IMG/VR virus record: IMGVR_UViG_3300036901_000073
Location: 2,539-66,538 of that record
Direction: 5' to 3' (one strand)
Length of the DNA: 64,000 bases
Source: a virus
The position numbers and the translations under genes were made by a program. Below, in pieces: positions 19,067 to 29,412 of this stretch. Numbering within the stretch: position 1 is the stretch's first letter; the number at the start of each line of letters is the position of its first letter. The notes below the pieces were generated by a model. That model was not told the origin of the DNA, searched no databases, and saw nothing but the letters and a program-made list of their open reading frames with translations.

Positions 19067-21498
19067 GCATGCGTCGTCATATGATGCTGGTTGAGGCGTT
19101 GCGTCTTCAGACGCTCATCCTCGAAAACCGCATGGAATTCCTGACGAAGACCTTCTTGCCCAAGCTCGAAGCGATGATTCATGAACCACACAGGGATCAT
19201 TTGATCCGGCTTCCTGATATGATCGCGCAACACATTCCCGCTTTTCGCGCATTTCACGATCTGTGGATAGCGCAACTCAGCAGGCCATTATATGCTCAGC
19301 CCACCAACGTGGAAAATCCAAAGGCCACCGGACCCAACGCCAAATTCAAGGCGCTGCTGCAACAGGTCGCCACCGAGTTTCTGACCTACATCGTCCAACT
19401 TGATCCCGATCCCCTGAAAAAGAACGTGCAGTGGCTGCTCACGTTGATCACACGTAAGCAACAGCCAATGCCGGTCGAAGACCTCATCTACGCAGGGGAA
19501 TCGCTCACCAAATTCATGCAGATGAAAAAAGAGCGACTAATCCCCAAAGAGAAATCCGACATCAACAAGTACAAGTCCCTGTCCGATCTGAACCATGCCC
19601 TGCGTGGCGAACAGGATAATCGACAGGCCGTGGCGACGACCAAAGACGCGGAGATGCGCGCCCAGTCCAACATCATCTATGATGGGCCGGATTACAGCGT
19701 CATCTCACCGCAGACCAAGGCGGCGGCGGGGTATTTTGGTCGGAACACCGAATGGTGCACCGCCTGGGGCTGTCCGGAAGGTCGTCATCCCACCAGAGGC
19801 GACAATTATTTCGACCAATACAATAAGCAAGGACCGTTGTACATCATCACCGACAAATCCACTGGCGAGCTTTGGCAATTCAGTTTCGCCAGTGGTCAGT
19901 TCATGGATGTCGATGATCGATCAGTCAACTTGGATGCGTTTTTCAAGCAACACCCGAAGGTCGAACAAGTATTCGAGAACATGGATGGTGAGCCGATAGC
20001 CACGATCTCGATGGGCGACGATACTCGGGTGTCGGTGCCTGTCTATGCTCTCGGCAAAGGTTTCGTGATTAAAAGCAAAAAAGGACCAAGAGGTGCCATA
20101 TTGCTGCAAGCGAATGTCGCGCCTGATGGCAGCCTGATGTCGGACATGACCGGATTCTGGATTCTCAATGCACAGCCGGGCCAGCCGAAAGAAATCGCCA
20201 GCCTCATGAACAAGCTTCATATCACGGGCGACGAAGACGGAGTGGCGCAACTGGGTCTCTACTATCGCGATGGCAAATGGGGCACGCTGAGCGAGGTCGC
20301 CAAGCCATTCCTGCGAGTGGGTTATCTGGAATGGCGACAGGTGAATACCAAGCAAGGCCGTGAATTGGTGCTGGGCGTTTCACATGATGATATGCTACGC
20401 GATGTTGCCGATGATTTCGGTGAAGGACTACTGACCGGCACGCTGTTCGATGGTGCCATGGGTCTCTATCCCACCGATGCTCTCTCGTCTTACGAGAACA
20501 AAGAAGAAAACCGCACTTTTCGCAGTCGCGTGGACGAGCTTGGAGCATCATTGAGCCGTGCTGTGGCCGATATGTTGTTGAAGGAACCAGACGCGAAGAA
20601 ATGGGACGATGACTCAAAGATCAAATCATCCTCGCTGACCGATGAAGACGCCAAGCGACTGATCCTCGTCAAACCGGGATTTGGTGATCTGGTGTCAGCA
20701 TACAAAATCCACGGTAACACCAAAATCGTGAAATCCATGGTCGAGGATTGGTGCGAGGGCATGGACCTGAGCATTGGCAAAGGTATGAACAAGGAGCGGG
20801 CACCTTGGATTGGTGATGATCTGATCATCGAGTGGTTTAAAGATGCTCAGGAACTCGTGGAAGAACTCGGCAATGATACCGCGAAATGGGTCAACAAACT
20901 GGTCAATGGGGAAGATAATATTGAACATTATGACGTGACCGCCGACCATCATCAGGTCAGCGATTTGGTTGATTCATTGGAACCTGACGTGCTGACCCGA
21001 CTTGGAGAATTTCTCCAGGCGGAGCACCCCGACGAAGCGGAAGAGATCGAGGATTACGATCCATCGGATGCTGGTTCGATTATGGATTTGTTCAGAGACA
21101 CGAATGACAATGATCTGCAACAGGCGGCGAATTGGGCGGTGCAGGACGGACTACAAATCGGCGCGGAGAACGAAGCATCGGAAATTTACGCGAAAACTCT
21201 GGAAAATAATGACTACGTAGTGTTCCTCGACGATAAGGGCCAGCCAGCGAACAAGATGACATACGATTCGCCTTGCTGTTTTGTCGTCCCGCTGAAGAAA
21301 TTCATCGAATATGTCAAATCCGAAGGCGAGGAACAGGCGGCATACAATCTCAGCGATGGCTGGACCGAAGTATTCGATGATGCGAAAATCGACATCGATC
21401 AAGGCCGCTATGGCTTCGATGGCTATGACGATGATGCGGCGCAGGAAAGGTTCAATGACTCAGTGCATGAGTTCTTACCAGAAGACGCGACGGCATGA
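19063..21498 (+). CDS. large acidic protein with PcfJ-like domain (paralogue 1)
   Basis: DPDP.KK..QWLL, AAGYFGRNTEWCTA, YFDQYNKQGPLYII, QFMDVDD motifs; paralogous to next ORF. Confidence 0.65.
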   Translation: MSMRRHMMLVEALRLQTLILENRMEFLTKTFLPKLEAMIHEPHRDHLIRLPDMIAQHIPAFRAFHDLWIAQLSRPLYAQPTNVENPKATGPNAKFKALLQQVATEFLTYIVQLDPDPLKKNVQWLLTLITRKQQPMPVEDLIYAGESLTKFMQMKKERLIPKEKSDINKYKSLSDLNHALRGEQDNRQAVATTKDAEMRAQSNIIYDGPDYSVISPQTKAAAGYFGRNTEWCTAWGCPEGRHPTRGDNYFDQYNKQGPLYIITDKSTGELWQFSFASGQFMDVDDRSVNLDAFFKQHPKVEQVFENMDGEPIATISMGDDTRVSVPVYALGKGFVIKSKKGPRGAILLQANVAPDGSLMSDMTGFWILNAQPGQPKEIASLMNKLHITGDEDGVAQLGLYYRDGKWGTLSEVAKPFLRVGYLEWRQVNTKQGRELVLGVSHDDMLRDVADDFGEGLLTGTLFDGAMGLYPTDALSSYENKEENRTFRSRVDELGASLSRAVADMLLKEPDAKKWDDDSKIKSSSLTDEDAKRLILVKPGFGDLVSAYKIHGNTKIVKSMVEDWCEGMDLSIGKGMNKERAPWIGDDLIIEWFKDAQELVEELGNDTAKWVNKLVNGEDNIEHYDVTADHHQVSDLVDSLEPDVLTRLGEFLQAEHPDEAEEIEDYDPSDAGSIMDLFRDTNDNDLQQAANWAVQDGLQIGAENEASEIYAKTLENNDYVVFLDDKGQPANKMTYDSPCCFVVPLKKFIEYVKSEGEEQAAYNLSDGWTEVFDDAKIDIDQGRYGFDGYDDDAAQERFNDSVHEFLPEDATA

Positions 21499-23105
21499 CG
21501 ACACGATCTTTACGTCGCTGGATGCTGTTGTGCGAAATCGCCCAGCTTCTCGAATCACGGCTTGACGCGCTCAAAACAAAATACCTGCCGCAGTTGGTGC
21601 AGGCACTGAAATGGCTCAAGGTCCGGAATCTTCCACCAGGAATACCAGACGGCGTGCTGCATTCTGGCGTGGATGACGGGGAGGCATCACCGCTTCATTT
21701 CGTCGGTGACACGGCCCAGGAGCAAACCGCGTCGGCCATCTTCGACATGATCGCCCAGGCTGATCCCGATCCGCAAAAGAAATACACCCAATGGCTGCTC
21801 ACGCTGACCCTCAAGGGTCAGATGCCGCTTGAGGATTTGTACAAGGCGACCGAGTATCTGACCACGTTCATGCGACTAAAGGCTGCCATTCCGGTCGAGC
21901 AACGGAATATCATGGCCTACAAATCGTTGCAAGACCTGTTTGATGTCGTCAAACTCGCGATGGACGATCCAAGCCTGTTACCGGTCTCCAAGGGCGCGGG
22001 GAAACGCGACATCAAAGCCGAGATGATGAAACAGGCCCGCGTCGTGATGGACACACCAGAGTATCTGATCGTGGTGCCGCTCACCCAGGAAGCTTCCTGT
22101 TATTTTGGTGTCAACACGCAATGGTGCACCGCTTCGACCACGTCCTCCAACTATTTTGATTCATACAACAAAGATGGTCCAATCTACATCATCCTGGAGA
22201 AGAAAACCAACACACGTTGGCAATTTCATTTCAGTAGCGCCCAGTTCATGGACGAGAACGACCGTTCGATAGATGTGACGGATTTCGCCAACAGTCATCC
22301 ACAAGTCGCGATGGTGCTGGCCGAGGAAATCGTCAAGGAAAACCCAGACCAATTTTCGAAGCTGGGCGAGGACAAGTTCATCGTGAAAAAATGGACGGAC
22401 GTGGACGATTGCATCGACGACATCGGTACCACGGATGGCAAGAGCTTTTACAAGTTCTATATCAAGGATGATAACTGGGTATACAGCGCCGATTTCTTTC
22501 CGAATTACGATGACGATAACGCGCGAGACCTGATGGCTTCACTGGAACCGGAATTGCTGACCAAACTGGGTCAATGGTTTTATGACATCCAAAAAAATCA
22601 CATTGACATCACGGAGATTGTTGAGAACTACGATCCATCGAGCATCGACGACATCATTGATCTGGACAATGAGGTGGAGGATGAAGATTTCCGTCATGTC
22701 GTGCAATCGGCCATCGCGTCGGGCCTGGAAGCGGGCGCTCAGAACGCGGCTTACAAGGTCTTCGAGACCGCGATGGAACGAAGTGACTATCTGATGTTCA
22801 AGACCGAGAAAACACCGGACCTCCCCGCCATGGCGAGACCCGGCAGATATCAGCACCTCGCGAGTGACACGGAACAATGGACGGGAGAATTCCAGTTTGA
22901 TACCGAGATCGCGTTCGTCATCACCAAGGAGCAACTGGCGCACAGTCTGGATGGCTTCCTGGATAGTGACATCTCGAACATAGCGGAGAGTCTGAACGCG
23001 CAGATCGACATGCAGGAACCGCGTTATGGTTTCGATGAATGGGATCAGGGCGTCTCCAAGGAACGGTTCGCTGATGATATCAGTGAACTCATCGAAAAAG
23101 GTTAG
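21495..23105 (+). CDS. large acidic protein with PcfJ-like domain (paralogue 2)
   Basis: ADPDPQKKYTQWLL, ASCYFGVNTQWCTA, QFMDEND; C terminus PRYGFD..D shared with paralogue 1; ends in TAG. Confidence 0.65.
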   Translation: MTTRSLRRWMLLCEIAQLLESRLDALKTKYLPQLVQALKWLKVRNLPPGIPDGVLHSGVDDGEASPLHFVGDTAQEQTASAIFDMIAQADPDPQKKYTQWLLTLTLKGQMPLEDLYKATEYLTTFMRLKAAIPVEQRNIMAYKSLQDLFDVVKLAMDDPSLLPVSKGAGKRDIKAEMMKQARVVMDTPEYLIVVPLTQEASCYFGVNTQWCTASTTSSNYFDSYNKDGPIYIILEKKTNTRWQFHFSSAQFMDENDRSIDVTDFANSHPQVAMVLAEEIVKENPDQFSKLGEDKFIVKKWTDVDDCIDDIGTTDGKSFYKFYIKDDNWVYSADFFPNYDDDNARDLMASLEPELLTKLGQWFYDIQKNHIDITEIVENYDPSSIDDIIDLDNEVEDEDFRHVVQSAIASGLEAGAQNAAYKVFETAMERSDYLMFKTEKTPDLPAMARPGRYQHLASDTEQWTGEFQFDTEIAFVITKEQLAHSLDGFLDSDISNIAESLNAQIDMQEPRYGFDEWDQGVSKERFADDISELIEKG

Positions 23106-23169
23106 TTCGGTAAGTCATTGATTTGACTCTTTATATTGATCTCCGAACGTAACATGTGCTATTTATCGT

Positions 23170-23570
23170 GATGGCTTTTCCCATGTGCCTTGTGACATGT
23201 GGTTAGATGGCTCTGGCATAATTGACTCCAGCATTTAACCGCACCGATCAAACATGGGACTTTTCAATCTGTATCGTAATGGCTATGCCGTCTAACAGAT
23301 AAACTTGGCCGATGTTATGCGGTCGCTGTACTTGCCTCAATCGGGGGTACGGATAACTTGAACACTTTAAACCTATACGCCCTCAATGGTTGTGGTCAAA
23401 TCTTCGGATTAGTAAATCCACAGGTAGCGCTCTGGTCTGGTGCGAAATCTCAGACAGTTCAAGCGATAGTCAAGTTGAAAGATTGCTTTCTACCCGTGGA
23501 TCGTTTCGGTTCACCACCATCAGTGGTAGGTAGGAAGACGCATTAAGTCGAAGTACGTCCGATTGACTTA
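23170..23570 (+). ncRNA. candidate ~400-nt structured non-coding RNA (strand tentative)
   Basis: No convincing ORF between convergent genes; many 7-10 bp helices, a C(UUCG)G tetraloop at 23402-23407, possible sigma70-like promoter just upstream. Confidence 0.55.
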
Positions 23571-24692
23571 AACGAATGAAGTGATGTCCTTGAATCCAAC
23601 CAGTCCGAGATAATCCTTGGTGCCAGCGACATAGTCGCCCTTCTCATAAGTCAACAGACCATAGTTGGTAAGGAACGACACCACCGGCTCGAAGGTGCTT
23701 GGATCGATGACCACGCCAGAGGATGTAAGTGGCTGATACAATCCAAGGATAGCCGCCGCGTCCGTCTCATCGCCTTTGTAGCCAATCAGCACGGGTGTGT
23801 CAGCCTTGCAATATTGGTCACAATAGACGTTGATGCCGTTGAAGGTTCCGGTGAATTTCGTGCCACCGGTCCAGTATGGATCATCTTTCGCCGGGGTGAA
23901 CCCAACCACTGATCTTAGCACCAGCAGCGAGGAGGGACCAACGATGCACCAGTTGCCTGGACCACGCTTGGTTCTCACCGCGATATTCGCCGCCTCTGTC
24001 TCGATCATCTGACCGAAGGCTTTGTACAGGTCATAAACATAATCCGGCTGTCTTATCGTGTGATCGTAAGTGGAGACCGGTGGTTCGGCGAGACCGCGCA
24101 GCATGTGCACAAGCTCACAATCGTATTCGGCCATGACTTCCTGCGCCAGCGCCGCCATGATCTCGGCCTCGATGTCAACGCCCATTGCCGCCTTCGCGTC
24201 CCCAGCGGCTTCGAAGGTCCATCGCGCGGACAGTTTGCGCACCTTCGCCGTCATCGGTTCTTCTTCGGTCAGAAATTGTGCCCAACCCGCAGGCGTCATC
24301 TTGCCGCGCATGATCTGCGCTTTGCTTTCCATCGTGTTCATCGGCTGCACGCCGATGATGTCGTTGGCGAGCAGGTTTGGGATCACCCGACGCATGACCG
24401 GCAGCAGCACCTTATTGAGGGCGGCGAAATTGCCAGCCGCAGAATATTTCGCGTTCTCCAACGTCATCTGATGGAAATTTTCCAGCATGGTGTCCATCAG
24501 GTTCAGCTTGGTTGGATTCTCCGAGCCATCCTTGTTGTGGGTAAGATCGGAACCTTCCAGCAACGCCTGCTTGGTTCTCGCCCACATGTCTTGTTTGTGC
24601 AGGGACGGGATCGGTTTCTCGGTGTCGGGCTTGGGCTTCTCTGTGCGTAATGTTGTCATTGTGCCAACGATGGATTTTAAAATCGGATGCAT
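23568..24692 (-). CDS. major capsid protein (gp23/gp24-like) paralogue, 374 aa
   Basis: LLPVMRRVIPNLLANDIIGVQPM, AKVRKLSARWTFEAAGDA...EIMAALAQE, IAVRTKRGPGNW, VLIGYKG, DPSTFEPVVSFLTNYG are gp23-family motifs. Confidence 0.85.
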   Translation of the reverse strand: MHPILKSIVGTMTTLRTEKPKPDTEKPIPSLHKQDMWARTKQALLEGSDLTHNKDGSENPTKLNLMDTMLENFHQMTLENAKYSAAGNFAALNKVLLPVMRRVIPNLLANDIIGVQPMNTMESKAQIMRGKMTPAGWAQFLTEEEPMTAKVRKLSARWTFEAAGDAKAAMGVDIEAEIMAALAQEVMAEYDCELVHMLRGLAEPPVSTYDHTIRQPDYVYDLYKAFGQMIETEAANIAVRTKRGPGNWCIVGPSSLLVLRSVVGFTPAKDDPYWTGGTKFTGTFNGINVYCDQYCKADTPVLIGYKGDETDAAAILGLYQPLTSSGVVIDPSTFEPVVSFLTNYGLLTYEKGDYVAGTKDYLGLVGFKDITSFV

Positions 24693-24947
24693 GAAATATC
24701 TTTCTGATTAAGTATGTATAATTTATGCATAGTAGTCTGAGTTCGCATTGGATGGTATCTTTTTTGATACCATGTATCAAAATCATCCACGTTGCGAGAT
24801 CGCGAAATCGTGGTATGGTTATTGCCATGGATACATCATCGTGGCTCGCACAATTATGTGGCTGACCCTCGTGGTGGGGATTGCCTCGCTGTCCGAGATC
24901 GGGCGAAGAAGGGCTATGGATGAGGTTCGATCCAAGGAAAAATCCCC

Positions 24948-25157
24948 GTGCGTGATGACCGTGTATGGTGTCCTCCAGGCGTGGATGACCCGACCGAACG
25001 TGGTGAGATATTGCGCGAATGGGAATTGGAGATTCCGCGAAAAACACTGTGGACAAGGTTCAAGGAGAATTTCATCGAAGGGCTGGCCAGAAGTCTTGGT
25101 TGGGGCATCGGCATCGTGATTATCGTGCTGTTCTATCGCTGTTTCTTGGCCCAGTGA
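24948..25157 (+). CDS. small membrane protein
   Basis: AAGGA upstream, C-terminal hydrophobic helix, GTGA overlap with next ORF. Confidence 0.5.
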   Translation: MRDDRVWCPPGVDDPTERGEILREWELEIPRKTLWTRFKENFIEGLARSLGWGIGIVIIVLFYRCFLAQ

Positions 25158-25450
25158 CTCCCGCAGCCCGCGCCTCATTCAAGGTCACGGAATTAGGGGT
25201 TGACAACGACTCTGATGAGGTGAGCCTCTTCTTCACCGACGTTAAGTATGGCGATGGAAAGGTCTTGCGGGCGAAGGTTCCAAAGCGTCAATTTCAGGAA
25301 ATGCTGTCGCAGATGGCTCCCGACCGACCGGCGACCATCATGTTTCATCCCGATGCCAATTCTACCCTCGGTGACATGGAATTGATGATCAGCGCCGAGG
25401 ATGTCAAAACGATGAAAGAGACCCTGTCGCCACTGCTGCGCGATTCTTAG
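25154..25450 (+). CDS. hypothetical protein
   Basis: GTG start overlapping upstream stop; 98 aa; ends in TAG. Confidence 0.55.
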   Translation: MTPAARASFKVTELGVDNDSDEVSLFFTDVKYGDGKVLRAKVPKRQFQEMLSQMAPDRPATIMFHPDANSTLGDMELMISAEDVKTMKETLSPLLRDS

Positions 25451-25460
25451 GAGAACGGCC

Positions 25461-25649
25461 CTGACTGATTTCAACGTGATCGACGGGATGCGCCACGCCG
25501 TCAGATGTCCCTATCTGCGGACGCCGCGCGAACCGTGCGACTGCCATCCGCTGGACGAATCCAGGGCGATGCGAGGCGCGGATGTGCTGCGCATTTTCAA
25601 GCCGCTTCCCCAGGATGAGGCCGACGCGCTGCGCGAGTACCTTCCGTAA
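25461..25649 (+). CDS. 62-aa putative metal-binding protein with CTG start
   Basis: AGGAG 7 nt before CTG; ...RHAVRCPYLRTPREPCDCHPL...; fills the gap to the convergent gene. Confidence 0.5.
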   Translation: MTDFNVIDGMRHAVRCPYLRTPREPCDCHPLDESRAMRGADVLRIFKPLPQDEADALREYLP

Positions 25650-25650
25650 C

Positions 25651-28600
25651 TTACGGCAGCCTCGCGCCGCCTTTTCTGGTCACCTGATTGCGAACGCCTG
25701 GCGTGCCCACGGACAGATAGCCATCGTTCTTCTTATTTCTGAGGGTCTGGATATGACGGAACATCGCCAGGGTGATCTTGAGCGCGTCGCCCTTTCGGCG
25801 CATGGCCTCGGCCTTGGCCAATCGTTCGGCGACCGGATTGGCCTTATACTTGAACCAATAACTGTTTTCCGAGTTGAACCAGCGCGCGAAAATCTTACTG
25901 AAGTGATAATCGACCTGACCTTTGTCTCTTCCATTTTGGTTGATCTTGCCATAGGTATCGTAGGTCACTTCCACGACATGCGGCGTAGGCATGCGGAAAT
26001 GATCCAGGCTATCTGGCTTATGATCGGCCACCCAATCCTTCATCTCGTCATCCATGCTGTCATCGATGAGAGTACTAACGTCCTTGCTACCGCTTGATAA
26101 CAGGACCTGCATTACTTCGTTGCTGATCTTGTGGCCATCGCGTCTGATTTCCCCCACCATCTCCAACAGCTTATCGTATTTGTGCTCAGCGAGTTCGACC
26201 AGCCATTCATCGATCTTGTAGCTTCCGATTGTCTTGAAAAATCCCTTCGGCAACATCTGACCATTAGAACTTTCCCAGCTATGCCGATGGCCAATGACAC
26301 CGTTGAGGAAGATGAGCGCCATTTTCTCTGCGGAGAAATTGTCGAAGTATGTCTTGATCACCTCTGGCTTATCGTGACCAATCGTGACCAACGTTTTGAT
26401 GCCAAAATCATTCAGGTGTTGGCCGAGCAAGGCTGCTCTCTGATCATCTTCGGTGTCGGTGACCAGTTCATCCAACTGACCGTTGCGGATGATTTTATTG
26501 AAGATGGCCTCTTTGCCAGCGGCTTGCGCGGCGGCTTCGTATTTCTTGTACTGGTCCGACTCAGGATCAGTTCGTGACTGGAATACCGGATTATTCCATT
26601 TGCTTCTCTTGTCCACCAGACCATAGCCTCTGATGTCACGGTTCATCAGGGCCTGAATGAGCCTCAGATCATCGTCGCTGAACAGCCGCTCGATGATCGG
26701 CTGTGGAATATTTGGCACCTCGACCAGCAGATCGGGAAATTCCTCGTACACGAAACTCAACAGTTCAACCGAGGGATTCTTGGTTTTCTTGAGCACGTAG
26801 CGGGTGGCCTCCTCGTTGTTGGCCTCCTTGAGCATGTTCATCAGCGTGTCTTTACCGGGCTTGAACCGTTTGAACGCCTTGACGGTGAAATCATTCTTGT
26901 AGCCTGATGGGACCCGCTTGCTCGCCCAGACATTGCGCAGCGCCTCGAACACTTTCTCCTTGTCCAGCTTGCCCTTGAGGTCGCCCCAGAGATAAGTTTC
27001 CCTATGATGATACTTGGTCGGTATGGCGGATGCCGCCATGACATCGGGAACAAGCTCTGGCGCGTTGTTGACGAGCAAACTGAAATAATCACCGCGATAA
27101 GTATTGCGGATGAGACCGACGATGTCATTGACCCGCAGCTTGTGAAGGTTCCTGACGAATTCCTCGCTGCCGCGTGGCCCTTGATCATTGTTCCTGTACG
27201 GATTGTAATCACTCCTGTCAGTCGAACGCGCCCGCATGGCATCTTTATCGATATGACTGACCGCGACTTCGAACGCGCGACTCTTGCCGAGTTTGGTGAA
27301 GGCTTGTTGCGCGGCCACGAATTTCGGGCTCGTCGGATCAAGGTGCGCGACATCGGATGTATTGGGTTCGCGGATCACGGCTTCGACGTTCTTGAGAAAA
27401 CGTTCAATCGCTTCACGCGCGTGTGCATGCTTGGCTTCGATCTGTTCCTTATCGGTCAGCTTCCTGTTGTAGTGGATTTGCTTTTTTGGCACATGAGTGG
27501 CAGTTGAGTTCTTCTTGTCCGTCACCATGCGGTAGTCTTTTTTGATCGTCGGAATGGCTTCTGGTCTCAGCGTTTCCATCACCAATGGAAAAATCTCTGG
27601 AGCGATGACCTGTACGGGTTTTAGACGGTCGCCGAAGTGTCGATTACCATCGCGGCCTGTGTTATCCTTGTCAAACAAATATTTCTGAAACTCGAAGCTT
27701 GGATTCGGTTCTTCCGCCAGGTAGAGATTGGTGAATTCATCATTATTGACCGATTCAAGCGCTCGTTCCGTGGTTGGTTGCGACAACGACGCCGGTACTT
27801 CTTTTCTGATCGCGAGGATGAGAAACATCTTCAGCGTGACATTGCTGATCGTGTCGAGCAACTCATCCACGGTGCCCGCGTCCGGTTTGGCGTAGCCGAT
27901 GATGAAATCGGTGATCTTCTTGGTCTTCTCCTTGTCGGCGTAGTAGCTGCGCCCCAGACCCTCGCAGGCGCTGATCAGGTCTTCGCCGGACATCTTGTAG
28001 CCCAGCTTGATCAGGTGCCGCATGGCTTCTTCCGGCAACCAATAGAACGCTTCGCGGATCATTTGTTGGTTGAGATCACCGAAGTCGCCATTCTGCCCGA
28101 CGAACAGGAAGAACGGACCCGCCGCGCGTTGGTTTTCCGAATTGAGTTCGCGCTCGATGGCTTCCTCGCCGCCTTGCAACAGCATGTCGCTATAGATGTT
28201 CGGCATGGCCTGAGACAGCGCCGTGACGAACGCCGCGTCCTTGGGTTGCTGATGACGACCGGAGCCACTATTTGTTTCGAGGTGCTGGATGATGGCGGCG
28301 CAGACCGAGGCATCCGGTTTGGTAATGATCAACAACGGTTTATAGAGATTGGCGGCTGTTTCTGGCATGGCCTGGAACGCCTTCACCAATTGCGCGCTGG
28401 TGAATTTGTTGCCATAGTGTTCAACAACCGGGACCGCGTGTTCTGGCATGTTGGCGAACACATATTCGATCACCTTGTCGGACAATCGGGAAGTGCCGTA
28501 GAGCGAGGTGAACAATCCAAGCGACATATCCGCCTGGGCTTCTTCCTCATGCCAGGAGCGTCTTTGTCCGGTCCCTTCATAATTCTGAAGGAGCTTCTCG

Positions 28601-29412
28601 CCTTCCGCGTTGTCCGGATCGAGGATCATGTCCTTGAACTGATCCTGCGTCATGGTGACGGACTCGTCACCATTCCAGATACGCAGCAACCCGACATTGC
28701 GATGATCGCCTTCGACCGTCACGCCGTAGTCCGCGAAGAACTCCCTCAGCATCGGCCAGTAGCGGCGCACGGGAGCGCGGTTGCCCTTCCCCTTGATCTG
28801 CGCCGTTTTTTTGTCCGAATTCATCTGGATGGTCGCGTGAGGCTCGTTGTTGGCGTCACGCAGGCTGAAGATATGGCCTTGACCGTTGCCCACGAAACTC
28901 GCGTAGGAGCCGCCGCCCACGCAGTGACCCATCCCCGCGCCTTCCTTGGCGAGGGCGTTCTGTCCCAACAGATCGACCATCCGGTAGCCACCTGGAAATT
29001 CCATGAGCGTTTTGACCTGTTTGGGATCGTCCGGCAGCTTCTTCGCCTGGGCGTTCATTTGCTTGACCCAGAGGTCAGCCGCCTGCACGACGTTCTGGAC
29101 GCTCATGCGCTCAAGCCGGGGTATCTCCGGCTTGCTGTCGAAGAAGTCCATGATGTGTTCTAATTCGCCCTCGGTTCTGGGATTGAGGCGAATGTCGTAT
29201 AAATCCTGGAACGAAAAGGCTTTCTTCTGCTTCTCGGTCGCGTTGACCGGCAGATAGGGCAGCTTGTGGAGATTTTCCTGTGATTTGGTCAGCCAGTTGG
29301 CGTAGTTCGTGCGCAGCCATTGCTTCGCCGCGTCATTCGGCGCGCGAGCGATCCACGGGGCTAATACGACATCGACGGGCGAATGGAGCACGACTTCTAA
29401 CAGACTAACCAT
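25651..29412 (-). CDS. large protein with N-terminal PcfJ-like domain
   Basis: ALAKEGAGMGHCVGG...IFSLRD..NEPHATI...QIKGKGN motif; start placed at ATG 29412 (MVSLLEV) downstream of late box. Confidence 0.75.
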   Translation of the reverse strand: MVSLLEVVLHSPVDVVLAPWIARAPNDAAKQWLRTNYANWLTKSQENLHKLPYLPVNATEKQKKAFSFQDLYDIRLNPRTEGELEHIMDFFDSKPEIPRLERMSVQNVVQAADLWVKQMNAQAKKLPDDPKQVKTLMEFPGGYRMVDLLGQNALAKEGAGMGHCVGGGSYASFVGNGQGHIFSLRDANNEPHATIQMNSDKKTAQIKGKGNRAPVRRYWPMLREFFADYGVTVEGDHRNVGLLRIWNGDESVTMTQDQFKDMILDPDNAEGEKLLQNYEGTGQRRSWHEEEAQADMSLGLFTSLYGTSRLSDKVIEYVFANMPEHAVPVVEHYGNKFTSAQLVKAFQAMPETAANLYKPLLIITKPDASVCAAIIQHLETNSGSGRHQQPKDAAFVTALSQAMPNIYSDMLLQGGEEAIERELNSENQRAAGPFFLFVGQNGDFGDLNQQMIREAFYWLPEEAMRHLIKLGYKMSGEDLISACEGLGRSYYADKEKTKKITDFIIGYAKPDAGTVDELLDTISNVTLKMFLILAIRKEVPASLSQPTTERALESVNNDEFTNLYLAEEPNPSFEFQKYLFDKDNTGRDGNRHFGDRLKPVQVIAPEIFPLVMETLRPEAIPTIKKDYRMVTDKKNSTATHVPKKQIHYNRKLTDKEQIEAKHAHAREAIERFLKNVEAVIREPNTSDVAHLDPTSPKFVAAQQAFTKLGKSRAFEVAVSHIDKDAMRARSTDRSDYNPYRNNDQGPRGSEEFVRNLHKLRVNDIVGLIRNTYRGDYFSLLVNNAPELVPDVMAASAIPTKYHHRETYLWGDLKGKLDKEKVFEALRNVWASKRVPSGYKNDFTVKAFKRFKPGKDTLMNMLKEANNEEATRYVLKKTKNPSVELLSFVYEEFPDLLVEVPNIPQPIIERLFSDDDLRLIQALMNRDIRGYGLVDKRSKWNNPVFQSRTDPESDQYKKYEAAAQAAGKEAIFNKIIRNGQLDELVTDTEDDQRAALLGQHLNDFGIKTLVTIGHDKPEVIKTYFDNFSAEKMALIFLNGVIGHRHSWESSNGQMLPKGFFKTIGSYKIDEWLVELAEHKYDKLLEMVGEIRRDGHKISNEVMQVLLSSGSKDVSTLIDDSMDDEMKDWVADHKPDSLDHFRMPTPHVVEVTYDTYGKINQNGRDKGQVDYHFSKIFARWFNSENSYWFKYKANPVAERLAKAEAMRRKGDALKITLAMFRHIQTLRNKKNDGYLSVGTPGVRNQVTRKGGARLP

